Shown: piece after piece, positions 42,701 to 55,021 of the stretch
Position numbering within the stretch: the first letter of the stretch is position 1
Layout of the letters: each line of letters starts with the position of its first letter
From: Kiritimatiellia bacterium
GTDB taxonomy: Bacteria; Verrucomicrobiota; Kiritimatiellia; CAIVKH01
DNA length: 64,000 nt
NCBI GenBank assembly: GCA_027493775.1
Contig: JAOSKE010000001.1
Location: 741,651 to 805,650, forward strand
Direction of reading: 5' to 3'
Position numbers and translations under genes: made by a program
Notes under the pieces: model-generated
What the model was told of the DNA's origin: nothing
Databases searched by the model: none
The model's input: only the letters and a program-made list of their open reading frames with translations

Positions 42701-43631
42701 ATCCAGGACATAGTATTCGCTGCCGTCCGTCGCAACGGCAGCAAATTCGTTTGTGGGCGGGGTATTGGTGATGGAGAAAGAACATTCGGCATATCCCACG
42801 GGCGCAATTTTTCGATCACGGCCTTGACCTTCATGTAGATACCCGCTTTTCCCGTCGTACGAATGATATAAATTGATCGTCCAGCCACCCAACCCCCGAG
42901 AGCTGGCGGGCAAAGCTCCGAGATAAGAAACATCCTTTTTTTTTGCGAGAGGTATACCAAGGGATAATCGGCCTCTGCCTCAGTTGATCTTCCGTATATA
43001 GTTCTGACTCTCCAGCTACAGAATACAAACCCGAACGCTCTGTAATCGGCTTGTTTACAATTGCATGCGGATCCAATACATATCCCCCGTCAATAGGGGA
43101 AATAGCGCCACGGCTGGAGGTGATAAATAGTCCTCCAGAATATCGTTCGCCGCTAACGTTTTCATATTCATCCAGCGTGAGTTTATCCATAAATATTGCA
43201 GTCGAGTCCACAACGGCTGGTGTTGTTCCATAAACAAAATTACTTTCGGCATCGCGACCATCCCACAAAAGGCTCCAATAGTGATTGGTGAATGGCGCCG
43301 CCTGTGTATGCCTGAATATGCGCCCGGCAATATTCACTGTTAACTCAACGGATATCATGTTGTTCGGAAATGTATTCGGGTCGGCATACCACACAACAAG
43401 GTTATACGCGGGCATATACCCGCGAGTTCTTCGGCTGGAATAGTGCAGCACAAAAGGCGTGCCTACAACCGGCATGTCTTCATGAAAGCTCGCATCGGAC
43501 AACACAATATATCCATAATTCGTGGGGGTGACGGGACTGTCGGGCGGGGTCTGTTTTGCGGCCCAGCCGTCTTGCGCAACGGCCCATACCACGCCAAGAA
43601 CGAGACCCATCAAGGAAAGGCGACGATTCAT
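39725..43631 (-). CDS. Full-length teneurin-like YD/Rhs protein with Sec signal and tip 1; frameshift in the T run near 42940
   Basis: Signal peptide; FN-plug-like FHEDMPVVGTPFVLHYSSRRTRGY...LTVNIAGRIF...WDGRDAESNFVYG; GLGGWTINLYHSYDGKSGYLHEGQG; YD repeats; DPINYIDPWGL. Confidence 0.85.
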
Positions 43632-44278
43632 GGTTCACATCCTTTGCAGGGATTCCCTGAAATGACCCGGGGCAAAACGCGCTCAAAGCCCGATAAGGGA
43701 TTGCTCGCCATCGAGCGAGCCGCCAAATCTTGGGCAAGCGCTGGATTTGTCTCTTTCAACAACTGAAGCGCAACTATCCGATTTTGATCTTCGGCTTTAT
43801 CGGAGAGAAGCAATGCCGTCGCCGCATTTTCAATGTCGCTGGAAGAAGCCTTGGGGTCCGATTTCATCACCAGCATAGCCGTGCCGGCGCTTTTGTTTTT
43901 CACATCAAACGCCGTTTGTTTCAAAAAATCGCCAATGGCGCGTTGCTCCGAAGCCGAAACTTTCTCGCGCAGGTTTAGCTGTAAATACTGCATGATATAT
44001 TCGCGCGTAACGCGCTCGCAGTCAGTCTCGCCCGCAATCGCAATCAATCGCTGCGCCAAATTGGGAACAGGCGGCGATTTCGTTGTGATGCGCCGCAAGA
44101 GCCGATCTTTCTGTCCCAGCCATTCTCCGGCGGAAATATCCTTTGGCGGCTCTTTCATCGCAATGTAGGCCAACGCCCGTTCATCTTCGGTTAAGCCTTC
44201 ATTGGACCACACAAAGGGGTTCTGAGCCGCTGCGGAATATCCGGCAACAACAATGAACAAAATGAATAATGCCTTCAT
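43628..44278 (-). CDS. Secreted helical (HEAT-like) hypothetical protein
   Basis: Signal peptide MKALFILFIVVAGYSAAA; ATGA overlaps with both neighbours. Confidence 0.7.
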   Translation of the reverse strand: MKALFILFIVVAGYSAAAQNPFVWSNEGLTEDERALAYIAMKEPPKDISAGEWLGQKDRLLRRITTKSPPVPNLAQRLIAIAGETDCERVTREYIMQYLQLNLREKVSASEQRAIGDFLKQTAFDVKNKSAGTAMLVMKSDPKASSSDIENAATALLLSDKAEDQNRIVALQLLKETNPALAQDLAARSMASNPLSGFERVLPRVISGNPCKGCEP

Positions 44279-47200
44279 GGTCCGCCGTGCCTCCCTATGA
44301 AGTTCGTCCCTTGGTAAACATCAATGATGTTGCAGAACGCGCCGGGTTGGTACTTGATGAACCGCACATTCAGCACGCCGGTTTCATCAAACTGCGAGGG
44401 CAGCCACTGATTGGTGATTCCACCATCTTCATACATGACGCCACCGATAATGACCTTGCCCTGAATTGACAAATCATCGAGCAAGGGACTCAGAACAAAT
44501 GGATTTTCGTACAAATAATAATCGGCGCTGCAGGCGCCTAGCCGCGTAAACCCGGTGTCCGAATCGGCTCCGAAACGAAAAGCGCGGGCTTTTGTTGAGG
44601 CGATGATCGGCCCCTGCGAACCCAAGCGGGCAACGATACCGTGTTCGTCGGGTGTCAATGCCGTAAGGCGGAATGTTCGCGGCGTTGCGTAGGCATCTTC
44701 TTCAATAATCAAATTATTGCCCGACTCAAGAAGCACATTCGTGGACAGGCCCGGAGACGTCCATGACCGGGGCACCCTATGCCAACACGCGGGGCTCTCG
44801 TCAAAGTTTGCTGAATATACGAGCACGGTAATGGCGCCATATTGAGTGGGACCAGCAGCGGGGTAATATGCGCCGGAAACCAGATAGCTTCCGGTTGAGG
44901 CAAACGTGTGGGCAATAGCAGCGCCGGCGGCAAGTCCCGTATAGTTGGAGCCACCCGTGATCGTAATGCTGTGCGTGCCTGATGTTGCCCCAACAGGAAA
45001 GGCCGATAACTTCAGTGCATCATTGAGCCGAATTGAAAGTGTGGCCCTATTCGTCAGCACATCGGTTGCAGACCACGTGACCAGACAGGTGGAAATCAAT
45101 CCGCTGTGCTGGAATTCAAAGCGGCAAGCGGTCGCATTGGTCAAGTTCAGCGGCACATTGGCGTACCACCGGCCATCAATACCGGACTGAACCGTGACTC
45201 CGCCATCAGCCGAAATCAGCCCGACGAATGGATCCGGTCCCTCCACACAGGCCGGCGAGATGGCGCTGGAAACGCTGTTTGTATCCAAGCCGCTCAATCG
45301 TGCCAGTCGGTTCTCTACCCAATCTTTCTGTCCGTCCTCATCCGTATCGGCGCCATCCAGTTGGATCAGTCGTATCGTATGGATACTCAGGCGACGGGCG
45401 TCGGATGCATTATCCCATTCAAGGGTCAGCGAATAAACACCTGCGGTCATCCATGGTGTGAAGAATCCCGCCCGCCCGCTTCCGTTGGTTTCAGCAAAGA
45501 GGATTTGTCGCCCCAGATAGGCTCCGCCTACCTTGGCTTTCAATTCATATGAGTTTAGCGTTTTCCACGACTCGCAATCGCCGCCCTCAACTTCGATGCG
45601 ATAGATATCGCCCGTGGGTATTGTCAGGTTATACCTAACGGCACCTCGCAATCCGACCGAGCACAGATAATCGCCGTCTTCAGTCCATGGCCCTAAACGG
45701 CTAACCGTAGCGGTTCCCGGCATTTCAGATACCGTGACATAATTCGTGTAGTCGGCTTGAAGCGGGTTGCTGCCGAAGTCATACACCTCCATGGCGTCAT
45801 CCAACCCGTCGCCATCACTATCTTGAGAAAAGGGATTTGTTCCGTGCTGGTATTCTTCAAGATTTGAAAGTCCATCCCCATCCGAGTCCAACAGGGCATC
45901 GCTTGGATCATTAGGATTAAGTCCGTTGATATATTCCCAATTATCGGGCAATCCGTCGGCATCGGTATCCGCACTTTGTGGATTCGTCCCAATACGATAT
46001 TCGTCCAGGTTGGATAACGTGTCGCCATCGGGATCTAAAACGGCATCTTCAGGTGCGTTTGTACTCAAAATAGCGGGCCATAAAACCTCCCATCGATCAG
46101 GCATTCCGTCGTGATCGGTGTCCTTGCTTACCTGGACGGAAATATCGTCGAAATAAACATGCCCCGGAGGGACAAGATTTACGGTCGGAGCGACAGTGCG
46201 CAGTGATATATGGGCGAACCCCGCGCGGCTGGGCACCAAGCTCGTGATTGAATAATACAGCCACGTATCTTTTGCATGTTCCGCAGTCATCCTTGCCGTA
46301 TCGACCCGTGTTTTGTGCCCATCTGTCGAGTCGTAATACTCCAAATCAATGACCGCATATCGGTCTCCGCTGAGCGCATTTGTATCGATACCATTTGTCA
46401 CGGAGGGGGTGTACAGCCAACCACCGACAACCAGTTCTTCTCCCGGATGCACGACAATCCGTTGATAGGCGCCGTCCAAGTCTCGGGCCACAAATGACCG
46501 AATCCCACTGTGAACGATTGAAGTAGAAACGCCGCCATCCAAGCCAAACCCGCCCCAATTGGGCATATTGGTATGCGAAGTGGGCGTCCCCGTTTCAAAT
46601 CCTCCGTTCCGAAAACGAGTTTTGTCTGGATCCAGCCGATAATCGGCATTGAAAAATTGCGGGCCAACCGCTTGCGGATAAACGATGTAATTATTGTAAC
46701 CGTATCCGTTTCCGAGTTCCTGAGGTTTATCGATAACCCACAGATATGATTCTTGCTGAGCATTCGTGAGCACTCGGAGAAGTATTGAATAATACGCTTG
46801 GACGTAGTTGCTTTCGACCGCCGACGGCATCGGCCACGAGAACTTGAACACCGGGAGCGTCACCTGCCCCATGGTTGGCATTCCATGGAAGGGATTCGCT
46901 GAAGCGATTACCACATTTGAATAAAATGTACCCGCATATTCGGGGGAAGCCCAATTGCTACCGTTTGTCGTCCAGGAAAATCGCAGGAACAGTTGAGTGG
47001 TACTGCCATCACGCAATCCAAGCTTCGGCGGCAAAACCAAAAATGCAGTATTGGTTTTCGAGTCGTAATCCACCATCAGGAAGCGCTGCCAGTTTTGCGG
47101 AACGGGTTCCCATGTCGCAATGCTGTCACTGGAGCGCGAATGATAAACCCAATTGCTGTTGATCCCCGTTATGGCAATCGTGTTGGTCGGATTGCGCCCC

Positions 47201-50200
47201 AAGATTAATTCTGTTCCGTCATCGATTCCATCGCTGTCCGTATCAAAAACCAGCGGACTGGTTCCGTATATAAAAAGCTCGTCGTAGTCTGAAATCCCGT
47301 CTCCATCCGTATCTGTCAGACGGGGGTCAGTACCATGAACATTGATTTCATCCCAATCAGATAAACCGTCTCCGTCAGAGTCTTGAACATTCGGATTCGT
47401 GCCCAGTTCGTATTCCTGAAGATTGGACAACCCATCGCCATCCGCATCTCCGAGGGCGTCGTACATCGTGGCCACGTCGTTGCTGGAGAGAGCGGAGGTG
47501 TAGAGACGAACGTCGTCGAGCTGGCCTTTCCAAAAATAGCTGTCGCCCGGATCGTTGGCCCAACCAATGCGCAGTTCTGGTTCCATCGCGGGTGAAAAAC
47601 TTCCGCCGTTGGAGGCGACTTCCACTCCGTCGCGATAGAGACGGGTGGTCGAACCGTCGCGGGTCAGGGTGATTTGCGTCCACTTTCCGGCAATCGGGGA
47701 TTGGTGAATCGGGAAGGAGCTTCCACCGGCACAATTAGCAAGAAAACCGCCATAGCCATTGTTGAAGTTGTCCCAACCGAGCCAGAAACCTTTGTACAGG
47801 TAGCCGCAAAGAATGAAGTCGGCGATGATGGAGGGGTAATGCGAAGTGAAGGTTCCGTCGAGATTTACCCAGGCGCTGGCCGTAAATGTCGAACCCGTTA
47901 TCATGGCCACGGGCTGCAAGACTCTTACGTAATCGTCCGTGCCGTCGAACGACAAGGCGCCGCCCAGCATCCCGGAGGTCCAGGCGTTGGTCGGCATGTT
48001 GACCAATTGCCCGTTATAGCCGCTGCCCGCCGAGTTCAATGCGTTTGTCCCTTCCGTTTCATCGAATTTCCACCAGCCCTCGCCCTCCGCGGGCACACGC
48101 GAGGTCGGATTGAATCCATGCAGCATCTCCCACCAATCCGGCATTCCGTCCGCGTCGGAGTCGGGATCGATGAGCACAAGGTTTGCGTTCGTTGTGCTTT
48201 GCGCCAGCAAAATAGGGTTGTTGCTATACGCTCCCCACGCCTCGGCGTTGTCTTTCGACGCATTCGTGTTCGAATCCCGATATGCCTTCAACCGGTAGCT
48301 GGTCTGATTGGGAATATTGCTGATCGTGTATGGGCCGGGACCGGGGATGGTTGTCGTGAAGAGGGAGAGGTTCGTTCCGGAACCTGTCGCATACAGGCTC
48401 GCTACTTCGTCGCCATCGAGGGTACGCGCGTAGATTTTCACCTCGTCAATGCGCCCCTTCCAGTAGCGATTGGGAGCCGTTGAGTATCCGTTTCCGATGG
48501 CCACGTTGTCCATGGATGGGTTGAGGCCCACCGTTCCACCCTGTCCCTGATGGGAGGAGTGAAACTTGTACGTCCCGTTGTAGTACCCCCACGCATTGCT
48601 CCGATTCCACGTCAGGACGATGTGTTGCCAGCTTGCCGTTGGCATGCTGGCGGTGTACCAACACTGGCCGGTCAGACCCAGGCCGCCCCCGATAAATTCC
48701 CCCGTGCTGTAGGCTTCAAACCGAATGCAGTCGTCCCATCCGGCATAGTCTGTGGTGAACGGGTTTCGCCAGTTTTCCACTTCATCGGGGTTAACCCAGT
48801 AGGAAATGGTTCCTTCGGGCAGTACCCCCATGGGGCCAACAAGGATGTGATCGTTGGTGCCGTCATACCAATAAGCGCCGCCGCGATAGCCATTTGTGAC
48901 ATAAACAGCGCCGTTAACGATTCCAGTATAAAGCGGTGAGATCAGGTTTGAAACGCGACTCGTGTTCGGAATGTCGAAATCGTAGTGAAGCAGAAGCCCG
49001 GCTTCGATTTCGGCGCTCACAATGATCGGCCCCGTTTGTCGCCCGCTATACGTGATCACGCCGGCAAGGTTGACGGGATAAGAATCGGGCTGAGTCGGAT
49101 CGGTGCCTGCCTGGAGTTCCAACCAGTCAGCAGCGCCATCGCCGTCGCTATCGGGATCATACAGATCAATATCCACGCCGACCTTGTCAGCGCCCAGGAG
49201 AAAGCCGTTGCCATCATAAAACCCGACGGGCTCAAAATAATCTCGCATGCCATTTCCGTTGCTGTCCAGCCAGGCCATTACCCAGTAGTTGCTCAGAGTC
49301 GGCACGTGCGCGAATGAATAGGCGCCTGTGGTTGATTGGGAGGTGGTGCGCGTGTATTCGTCCGTGAAGCTGCTGCGGTAAATCCCCGCAATTTCCGCAT
49401 CGGTCAAGGTGGCGCGATAAAGCTGCACTTCGTCCATGAGGCCCCTAAAGGTCCAACCAGCTCCAGGGGACAGGTCGCCCAGGGCAGCGGTTACGTTATT
49501 GGATCGAATGGGCTGCGTGGCGAACACCGCGCTGGTGGCCACGAGACTGCCGTTCAGATAGAGCTTCGTTTGGACGCCGTTATAGGTTGCGAAGAGGTGC
49601 TGCCAGACGCCGTTGGTGATAATTGAGTCCTTAATGGCATCGCGAACACCATTTTGGTCAGCCGGCAGTATGCGCGTTTCAACACTCGATCCGTTGTTAG
49701 CCAAAATCATGTAGAGAGAGTCATCCCCAAAATAGGTCTTGCCCAATATGCCACCGAGCCAGATGCCAGGCTCGGCCTGAATCCATGCGCCCCAACTCAG
49801 ATTGTTGATGCCGACGGCCTGATATAGTTTTCCGAGTGTGATGGTGTCATTCCCGTCGAACGAATAGGCGCCGCCATGCTTGCCATTCGTTGTCCAGGTC
49901 GCCCCATTGACGGTCAGCGGAGTCTGCCAGGCGCTGTTGTCATACGTCGGTCTTGTGGCATCAAAACTCAATGATAACGCCGGTTGGTTTGTGATTACGG
50001 GATAAGCGGTGAGCTGAATGTGCAAGGCGCCCGTCTGTGATCCCGTGTAGCCGATTCGGCCGCTGAGCGTTGCTGGGAATGAGGCAGGGTTCAGTGGGTC
50101 GGCGCCATAAAATATTTCGAAAAAGTCCGTAGCGCCATCCCCGTCGCTATCAGCGGACTGAGGGTCAGTGCCCAATGCGTATTCTTGAGCATCGCTCAAT

Positions 50201-50460
50201 CCGTCGCCATCCGTATCTGTCACGAAAAGATCGGAATAATCAATCCCTGCATCAAAAATTCCGTTCCCGTTGCTGTCCTCTATAAAGTCAGCCAGCCCAT
50301 CGCCATCCGCGTCATTCGTCGTGCCGTAATGGAAGCCGATATCCCCAATGGAATTGGTCTCGCGCAACCCGCTCGCATCCGTAGTGTAGTGGTACATTCC
50401 CACGGCATCGGCATTGGTTCCACCCGCGTTGACTGCGGGGCTGCCTGGGTGAAGATAGTT
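44275..50460 (-). pseudogene. Giant LamG/DxDGDG-repeat surface protein, 5'-truncated by ISL3
   Basis: Three LamG-like domains (AYSFDG...WQHL...LMDEVQLY), many DSDGDG repeats, FRNGGFETG CBM-like domain; the frame is open up to the ISL3 end (NYLHPGSPAVNAGG...) with no start or signal peptide. Confidence 0.8.
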
Positions 50461-51959
50461 GGCTCCCCGCTGTTCTGTGTGGGTAGCCGATCGGGGGCTC
50501 TGCCCCCCGGACCCCCGGGATTTTTCGCTTTGAGGCTACCCCGCAGGCGGGTAGGACAGGCGCCACGGCGGTCTGTGGCCGCCGTGGCGGCCTGCGGGTT
50601 TAGCCCCTGAGTCGGCGCTCGGGTTGCATCCCTGCAGTGCCCTATCCTCCGCTCAGGCCGCCCGGAATGTACCGCAGGGGCGTCGGATGGGACAAGTCTA
50701 TGCAGATGAACGAGCTGTTTCGGGTCGCGCTGGGGTTGGATGCCCCGTGGCAGGTCACCAAGGTCGAGTTTTCCGAATCCGACGGAAAACTCCAACTGTG
50801 GCTGGATTTCCCGGCCGGCAGCACGTTCCCGTGTCCGGTTTGCGCCAAGTCCGGCTGTGGCGCGTACGATACCGAGGAGCGAACTTGGCGGCACCTGAAC
50901 TTCTTCCAGCACCAGACGTTGCTCCACGCCCGCCAACCCCGCATCCAGTGTCCGGAACACGGCGTCAAGACCGTGGAGGTGCCTTGGGCGCGTCCCGGAA
51001 GCGGCTTCACGCTGCTGATGGAGGCGTTCATTCTCCTGCTGGTGCAAGGCGGGATGACCGCGGCTCAGGTCGGCCGCCTGATCGGTGAGCACGACACGCG
51101 GATCTGGCGAGTTCTCCAGCACTATGTCCAAGACGGACGTCGCCGGGCCGATTTCTCGGATGTGAGCTTGGTGGGGATGGACGAGACGTCGCGGGCGCGG
51201 GGGCACTCCTACATCACTCTGTTCATGGACTTGATGCCGGGCCATCGGCGCGTGCTCTTTGTCTGCCCGGAGCGCGATGCCCAGACGGTCGGCTTCTTTC
51301 GGGAAGACTTCGTGCAGCATGGGGGTGATCCCGACGCCATCCGCCGGGTCTGCATGGACATGTCGCCGGCCTTTATGAAGGGAGCGGCGGAGCATCTGCC
51401 GCACGCCCAGATCACATTCGACCCCTTCCACGTTGCCAAGCTCGCTGGCGAGGCAGTCGATGCCGTGCGACGGGAGGAACAGAAACGACGCCCGGAGCTC
51501 AAGGGGACGCGCTATCTCTGGCTCAAGAACGAGTGGAATCATACCGAGAAACAGGCCGAGCAGTGGGCGGCCATCAAAGGTTGCCGTCTCGAAACCGGCC
51601 GCGCCTGGTTGCTCAAGTCCGCGCTACAGGATGTGTTCCTGCCCGAGAACCGGGTCGATGGCCCAGCGCTTCTGACCAAGTGGTGTGCGTGGGCACAGCG
51701 TAGTCGGCTGGTCCCCATGCTCGAACTGGCCCGCACGCTCCGGCGGCACTGGACAGGCGTCGTCAACTGGTTCGACTCCCAGATCAGCAACGGCGTTCTG
51801 GAGGCCATCAACGGGTTGGTCCAAGCCGCCAAACGCCGCGCCCGCGGCTACCGCAACGTCAACCACCTCATCACCATGATCTACCTGCTGCTGGGCAAAC
51901 TCGACTTCCACTTGCCCACACTGTCACCGGCGGTTACCCACACCAAATAGCGGAGAGGC
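50461..51959 (+). mobile_element. ISL3-family insertion sequence
   Basis: 29-bp imperfect IRs (GGCTCCCCGCTGTTCTGTGTGGGTAGCCG / CGGTTACCCACACCAAATAGCGGAGAGGC, 23/29 match); no flanking direct repeat. Confidence 0.9.
50700..51950 (+). CDS. ISL3-family transposase
   Basis: CPVC zinc finger, WRHLNFFQH, GMDETS, CMDMSPAF, FDPFHV, SNGVLEAING, ARGYRN. Confidence 0.93.
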   Translation: MQMNELFRVALGLDAPWQVTKVEFSESDGKLQLWLDFPAGSTFPCPVCAKSGCGAYDTEERTWRHLNFFQHQTLLHARQPRIQCPEHGVKTVEVPWARPGSGFTLLMEAFILLLVQGGMTAAQVGRLIGEHDTRIWRVLQHYVQDGRRRADFSDVSLVGMDETSRARGHSYITLFMDLMPGHRRVLFVCPERDAQTVGFFREDFVQHGGDPDAIRRVCMDMSPAFMKGAAEHLPHAQITFDPFHVAKLAGEAVDAVRREEQKRRPELKGTRYLWLKNEWNHTEKQAEQWAAIKGCRLETGRAWLLKSALQDVFLPENRVDGPALLTKWCAWAQRSRLVPMLELARTLRRHWTGVVNWFDSQISNGVLEAINGLVQAAKRRARGYRNVNHLITMIYLLLGKLDFHLPTLSPAVTHTK

Positions 51960-52136
51960 AACATTTAAGACCGTGCCCCACCGTGGTAAGGCGCGTGGCA
52001 AGCGACCTCAGGTGATCTTAACTTAGCGCCATTCAGGGCTGACCCCTTTTGGCTTGGCGAGGTCGTTTTTCGAAAAGATTTTCCAAATATTTTTGAGCAG
52101 GGGTTTTTCAGCAGAACCAAATGTCTAGACGCGACC
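51960..52136 (+). mobile_element. Right-end remnant of an IS1182-type element abutting a family-1 end
   Basis: GGGGTTTTTCAGCAGAACC ends at 52118, then AAATGTCTAGACGCGACC; the interior differs from copies 1 and 2. Confidence 0.7.
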
Positions 52137-52145
52137 ACAACTGTT

Positions 52146-52304
52146 GCACGTGGTGCGAAAAGTCATTCCGGCTGAAAAGGGAAAGCAGTTGGCTGAACAA
52201 ACTGGCCTTGTGTGCGCTCATCTTGCGGGGTCTCCTGGTCGGGCTTGTTGGATATTTTCACCTTCAGCCGACCTCCAGAGCCCTTTTCTAAAAACTTGTT
52301 TTGG
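52146..52304 (-). mobile_element. 5' fragment of the IS4-family element
   Basis: Near-identical to 59302-59460. Confidence 0.85.
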
Positions 52305-52392
52305 CTGCCTAGCCGAATATTTTCTTCAGCATCACGCAAGATGCGACTTTCAAGAAGCCCCTTCGACACGAGAAATCTGCCGCTCCCACTAG

Positions 52393-54072
52393 CCCGGATT
52401 ATTCACGAAAAAACATGAAATACCGTTAAAATAATATTGGAAAACCTTTGTAACGTGCTATTGTTTAGATTGTTACAAAAACCATAACACAAGGTTTTCC
52501 AATGCCTGATACTTGCACAGACTGTTTTCTTTTTCCAGAACTTTTTCACAAGCCTCTTCACGTCAAATTCTCCGACCAGCGCCTCTCCAGTGATGGCGGC
52601 CTTTTGCTCCTCAAGGCGCGTGACCGGAAGATGAATCTTTGTCCGCGTTTGGCCGATGCCATCCTGGATCGCCGAGACGCTGCAAAGGTCGAGCACTCGC
52701 TGCTCAGCCAACTCCAGCAACGCATCTTTGCTCTGGCCGCAGGCTATGCAGATACCAACCAAGCCGCCGCCCTGGCCAATGACCCGATGTTCAAGCTCGC
52801 CTGCGGACGCTCTCCTTGACGATTCGGCTCTCGCCAGTCAACCCACGCTCTCGCGCTTTGAAAATACCGCCAGCGCCTCCGATTTATATCGGATGAGTTC
52901 TGCGTTCATTGATGCCTTGCTCGCGTTGCTGCAAAAGCGTCACCGCGCTCCGCGGCGAATATGGATGGATGTAGATCCCACCTGCACTCCCACCTACGGC
53001 GCACAGCAACTGACCCTCTTCAATGGATACTATGATACGTGGTGCTATCTGCCCTTGGTCTTCACCATTTCATTCGACGCTGATCCTCGCAAATATCCGC
53101 TCGTACTGCTCTTGCGCCCAGGCAATGCGGACGCCATGCAGGGTGTTTTGCCCGTTCTTCGCCGCTTGATCCCTCGCCTGAAGACGCTCTGGCGCAAAAG
53201 CCATCTCTGGCTGCGCGCGGACAGCGCGTTTGCTCGATCCGACTTGCTCGACTGGCTTGACCAGCAGCGTATCGGCTACGATATAGGAGTCGCCTCCAAT
53301 GGCGTGTTGGCGCGTGAAATGAAAGAAGCGCTGGAGGTGGTGCGCGAGCTGGCGACACGCGACCAGGAGACGGTCACCTTCTACCTCGACACTTTATATC
53401 GCGCGAAGAGGTGGAGCCGCCCACGGCGGGTACTCTGTAAAGTTGAGGTGGTTCATGCTCTTGAGAAGGCGCCACGGGACAATGTTCGCTATCTGGTCAC
53501 GACGGGTACGAGCAGTCCGAAGCACGGTTTTGGACGGTACTACGGACATTCGGACATGGAGAATAGTATCAAGGAACTTAAGCACGATGCGGCCTTGGGT
53601 CGCTTTTCTTGCTCTCGGGCCAGCGCCAACCAGTTTCGAGCGATTCTTTCGTTGGTTGCGCTGACGCTTGTTCAGGGCTTGGCCTCCTCGTGGAAGGGCG
53701 GCGAGCTTCGTTCGCAAATGGATACGCTGCGCACTTGTTTGCTGAAGGTTGCGGTTCGGGTCAAGGAGACGGCCCGGCGAATCGTGATTGAGCTGGCCGA
53801 GGATTATCCTTGGAAACATCGCTTTCGGCGCTGCGCCCTGGGACTTGGTGCGGTTCCGATTTAGCCGCAACGACGCTCTGTAAATCCAGCCCTGCTCCCC
53901 GGCTCATCCCCGGATGGCCCCGCTATGCCAATGAGCGAAAAAAATCGCGAGAGAAGCCATCTCCGACAGCGCTCTGCAGAGCTTCAACACCGAGAACTCA
54001 TCAAATCCACGAAATTCACCCTCGCGATCTCGGAATTTATGCGTGTCCCACGGGGCTCATGAATAATCCGGG
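52393..54072 (+). mobile_element. IS1380-family insertion sequence with CTAG target duplication
   Basis: CTAG|CCCGGATTATTCA ... TGAATAATCCGGG|CTAG. Confidence 0.92.
52502..53864 (+). CDS. IS1380-family transposase (DDE_Tnp_1_4); frameshift near 52815
   Basis: LSSDGGLLLL, LASQPTLSRFEN, MDVDPT, FNGYY, LRPGN, LRADSAF, MENSIKELK. Confidence 0.9.
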
Positions 54073-54358
54073 CTAGCAGCGGACGCAAGATTTGTCTCCA
54101 ATATGCGATAACCCGGCCTAAACGACACTTCTACCCCATACTTCGACCTCATCCACAATGTCAATTCGTCGTCACTCTGAGGAAGCCTTTTTTCAACGGC
54201 AACGTACTCGTTCAATGCGAGCGTGAAGTGTCGATCACGCATAGCAACAAACAACCATTTGTACAATGATATTACTAGCATCGCGGCCAACGCAAGGATA
54301 GCCAGCCACACGACGACGCGCTTTCTAATTTTTCTCATCTGGCATTGCTATAGGTGGA

Positions 54359-55010
54359 TTACGGCTGCGGAAGCAGGTTTTGGCATGCTGTTCTACAGTT
54401 GTGGCCGATCAGATTATACTCCGGCTGCATAGCCGTATATGCCTCGGCACGTATGTCGGCTGCTGTTGCCTCCTCGGGACTAACCGGATGAGCAACATAG
54501 TCATCACTGGGAAGCAACTGTTTGTCGAGTGGCAGAGGGGGGCCGTAAGTAGCCAGACCGGGAACCCAATCAAGCAGCGTCGAGAGTGTTAAGTCATTCG
54601 CTGGCCGGAAGTCGAATCTGCGATAGCCATCTGGCGTCGGAATTAGCAGATATGTGTGATTAATTCCTTCTGGATTCATTCCAGTGTAGACGGCATTGCC
54701 TTCTCCCAATCCCAACGAATCCACCCAATTGACCGGGTCGCCATGACAGTAGAGATAGAGGTTCGCTTGGCCACCTCCGAATAGGATGGGGTCTTTGGCT
54801 AGCCATCTTCCAGTCATCGGATCATAATCCCGATACCCGAACCACGTGAGACCCGTATCCGGGTCGTAGAGCCCCACCCGCAAACCCGAACGGCTGAAAG
54901 CCCGGATTTGTGTCCTGTAGGACGTTCCCCCATTCGTCGTAGTCCATCCGCTGCGCAACCGCGCCGGTCTGGGCATCCACAACCAGCCGCACGCTGCCAA
55001 GATGATCCGT
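54359..55010 (-). pseudogene. Orphan Rhs core-end plus tip 4 (permuted papain-like); frameshift near 54872
   Basis: TDHLGSVR...DPVNWVDSLGL then INHTYLLI...YNLIGHNC; truncated at element B. Confidence 0.8.
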
Positions 55011-55021
55011 AACGTCTATTC

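Larger units (their letters stand above)
52305..54338 (-). pseudogene. Putative immunity gene for tip 4, interrupted by IS1380
   Basis: MRKIRKRVVVWLAILALAAMLVISL...LASAA; removing the IS and one CTAG restores the frame as SGSGRFLVSKGLLESRILRDAEENIRLG, which then runs into the IS4 fragment. Confidence 0.65.
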
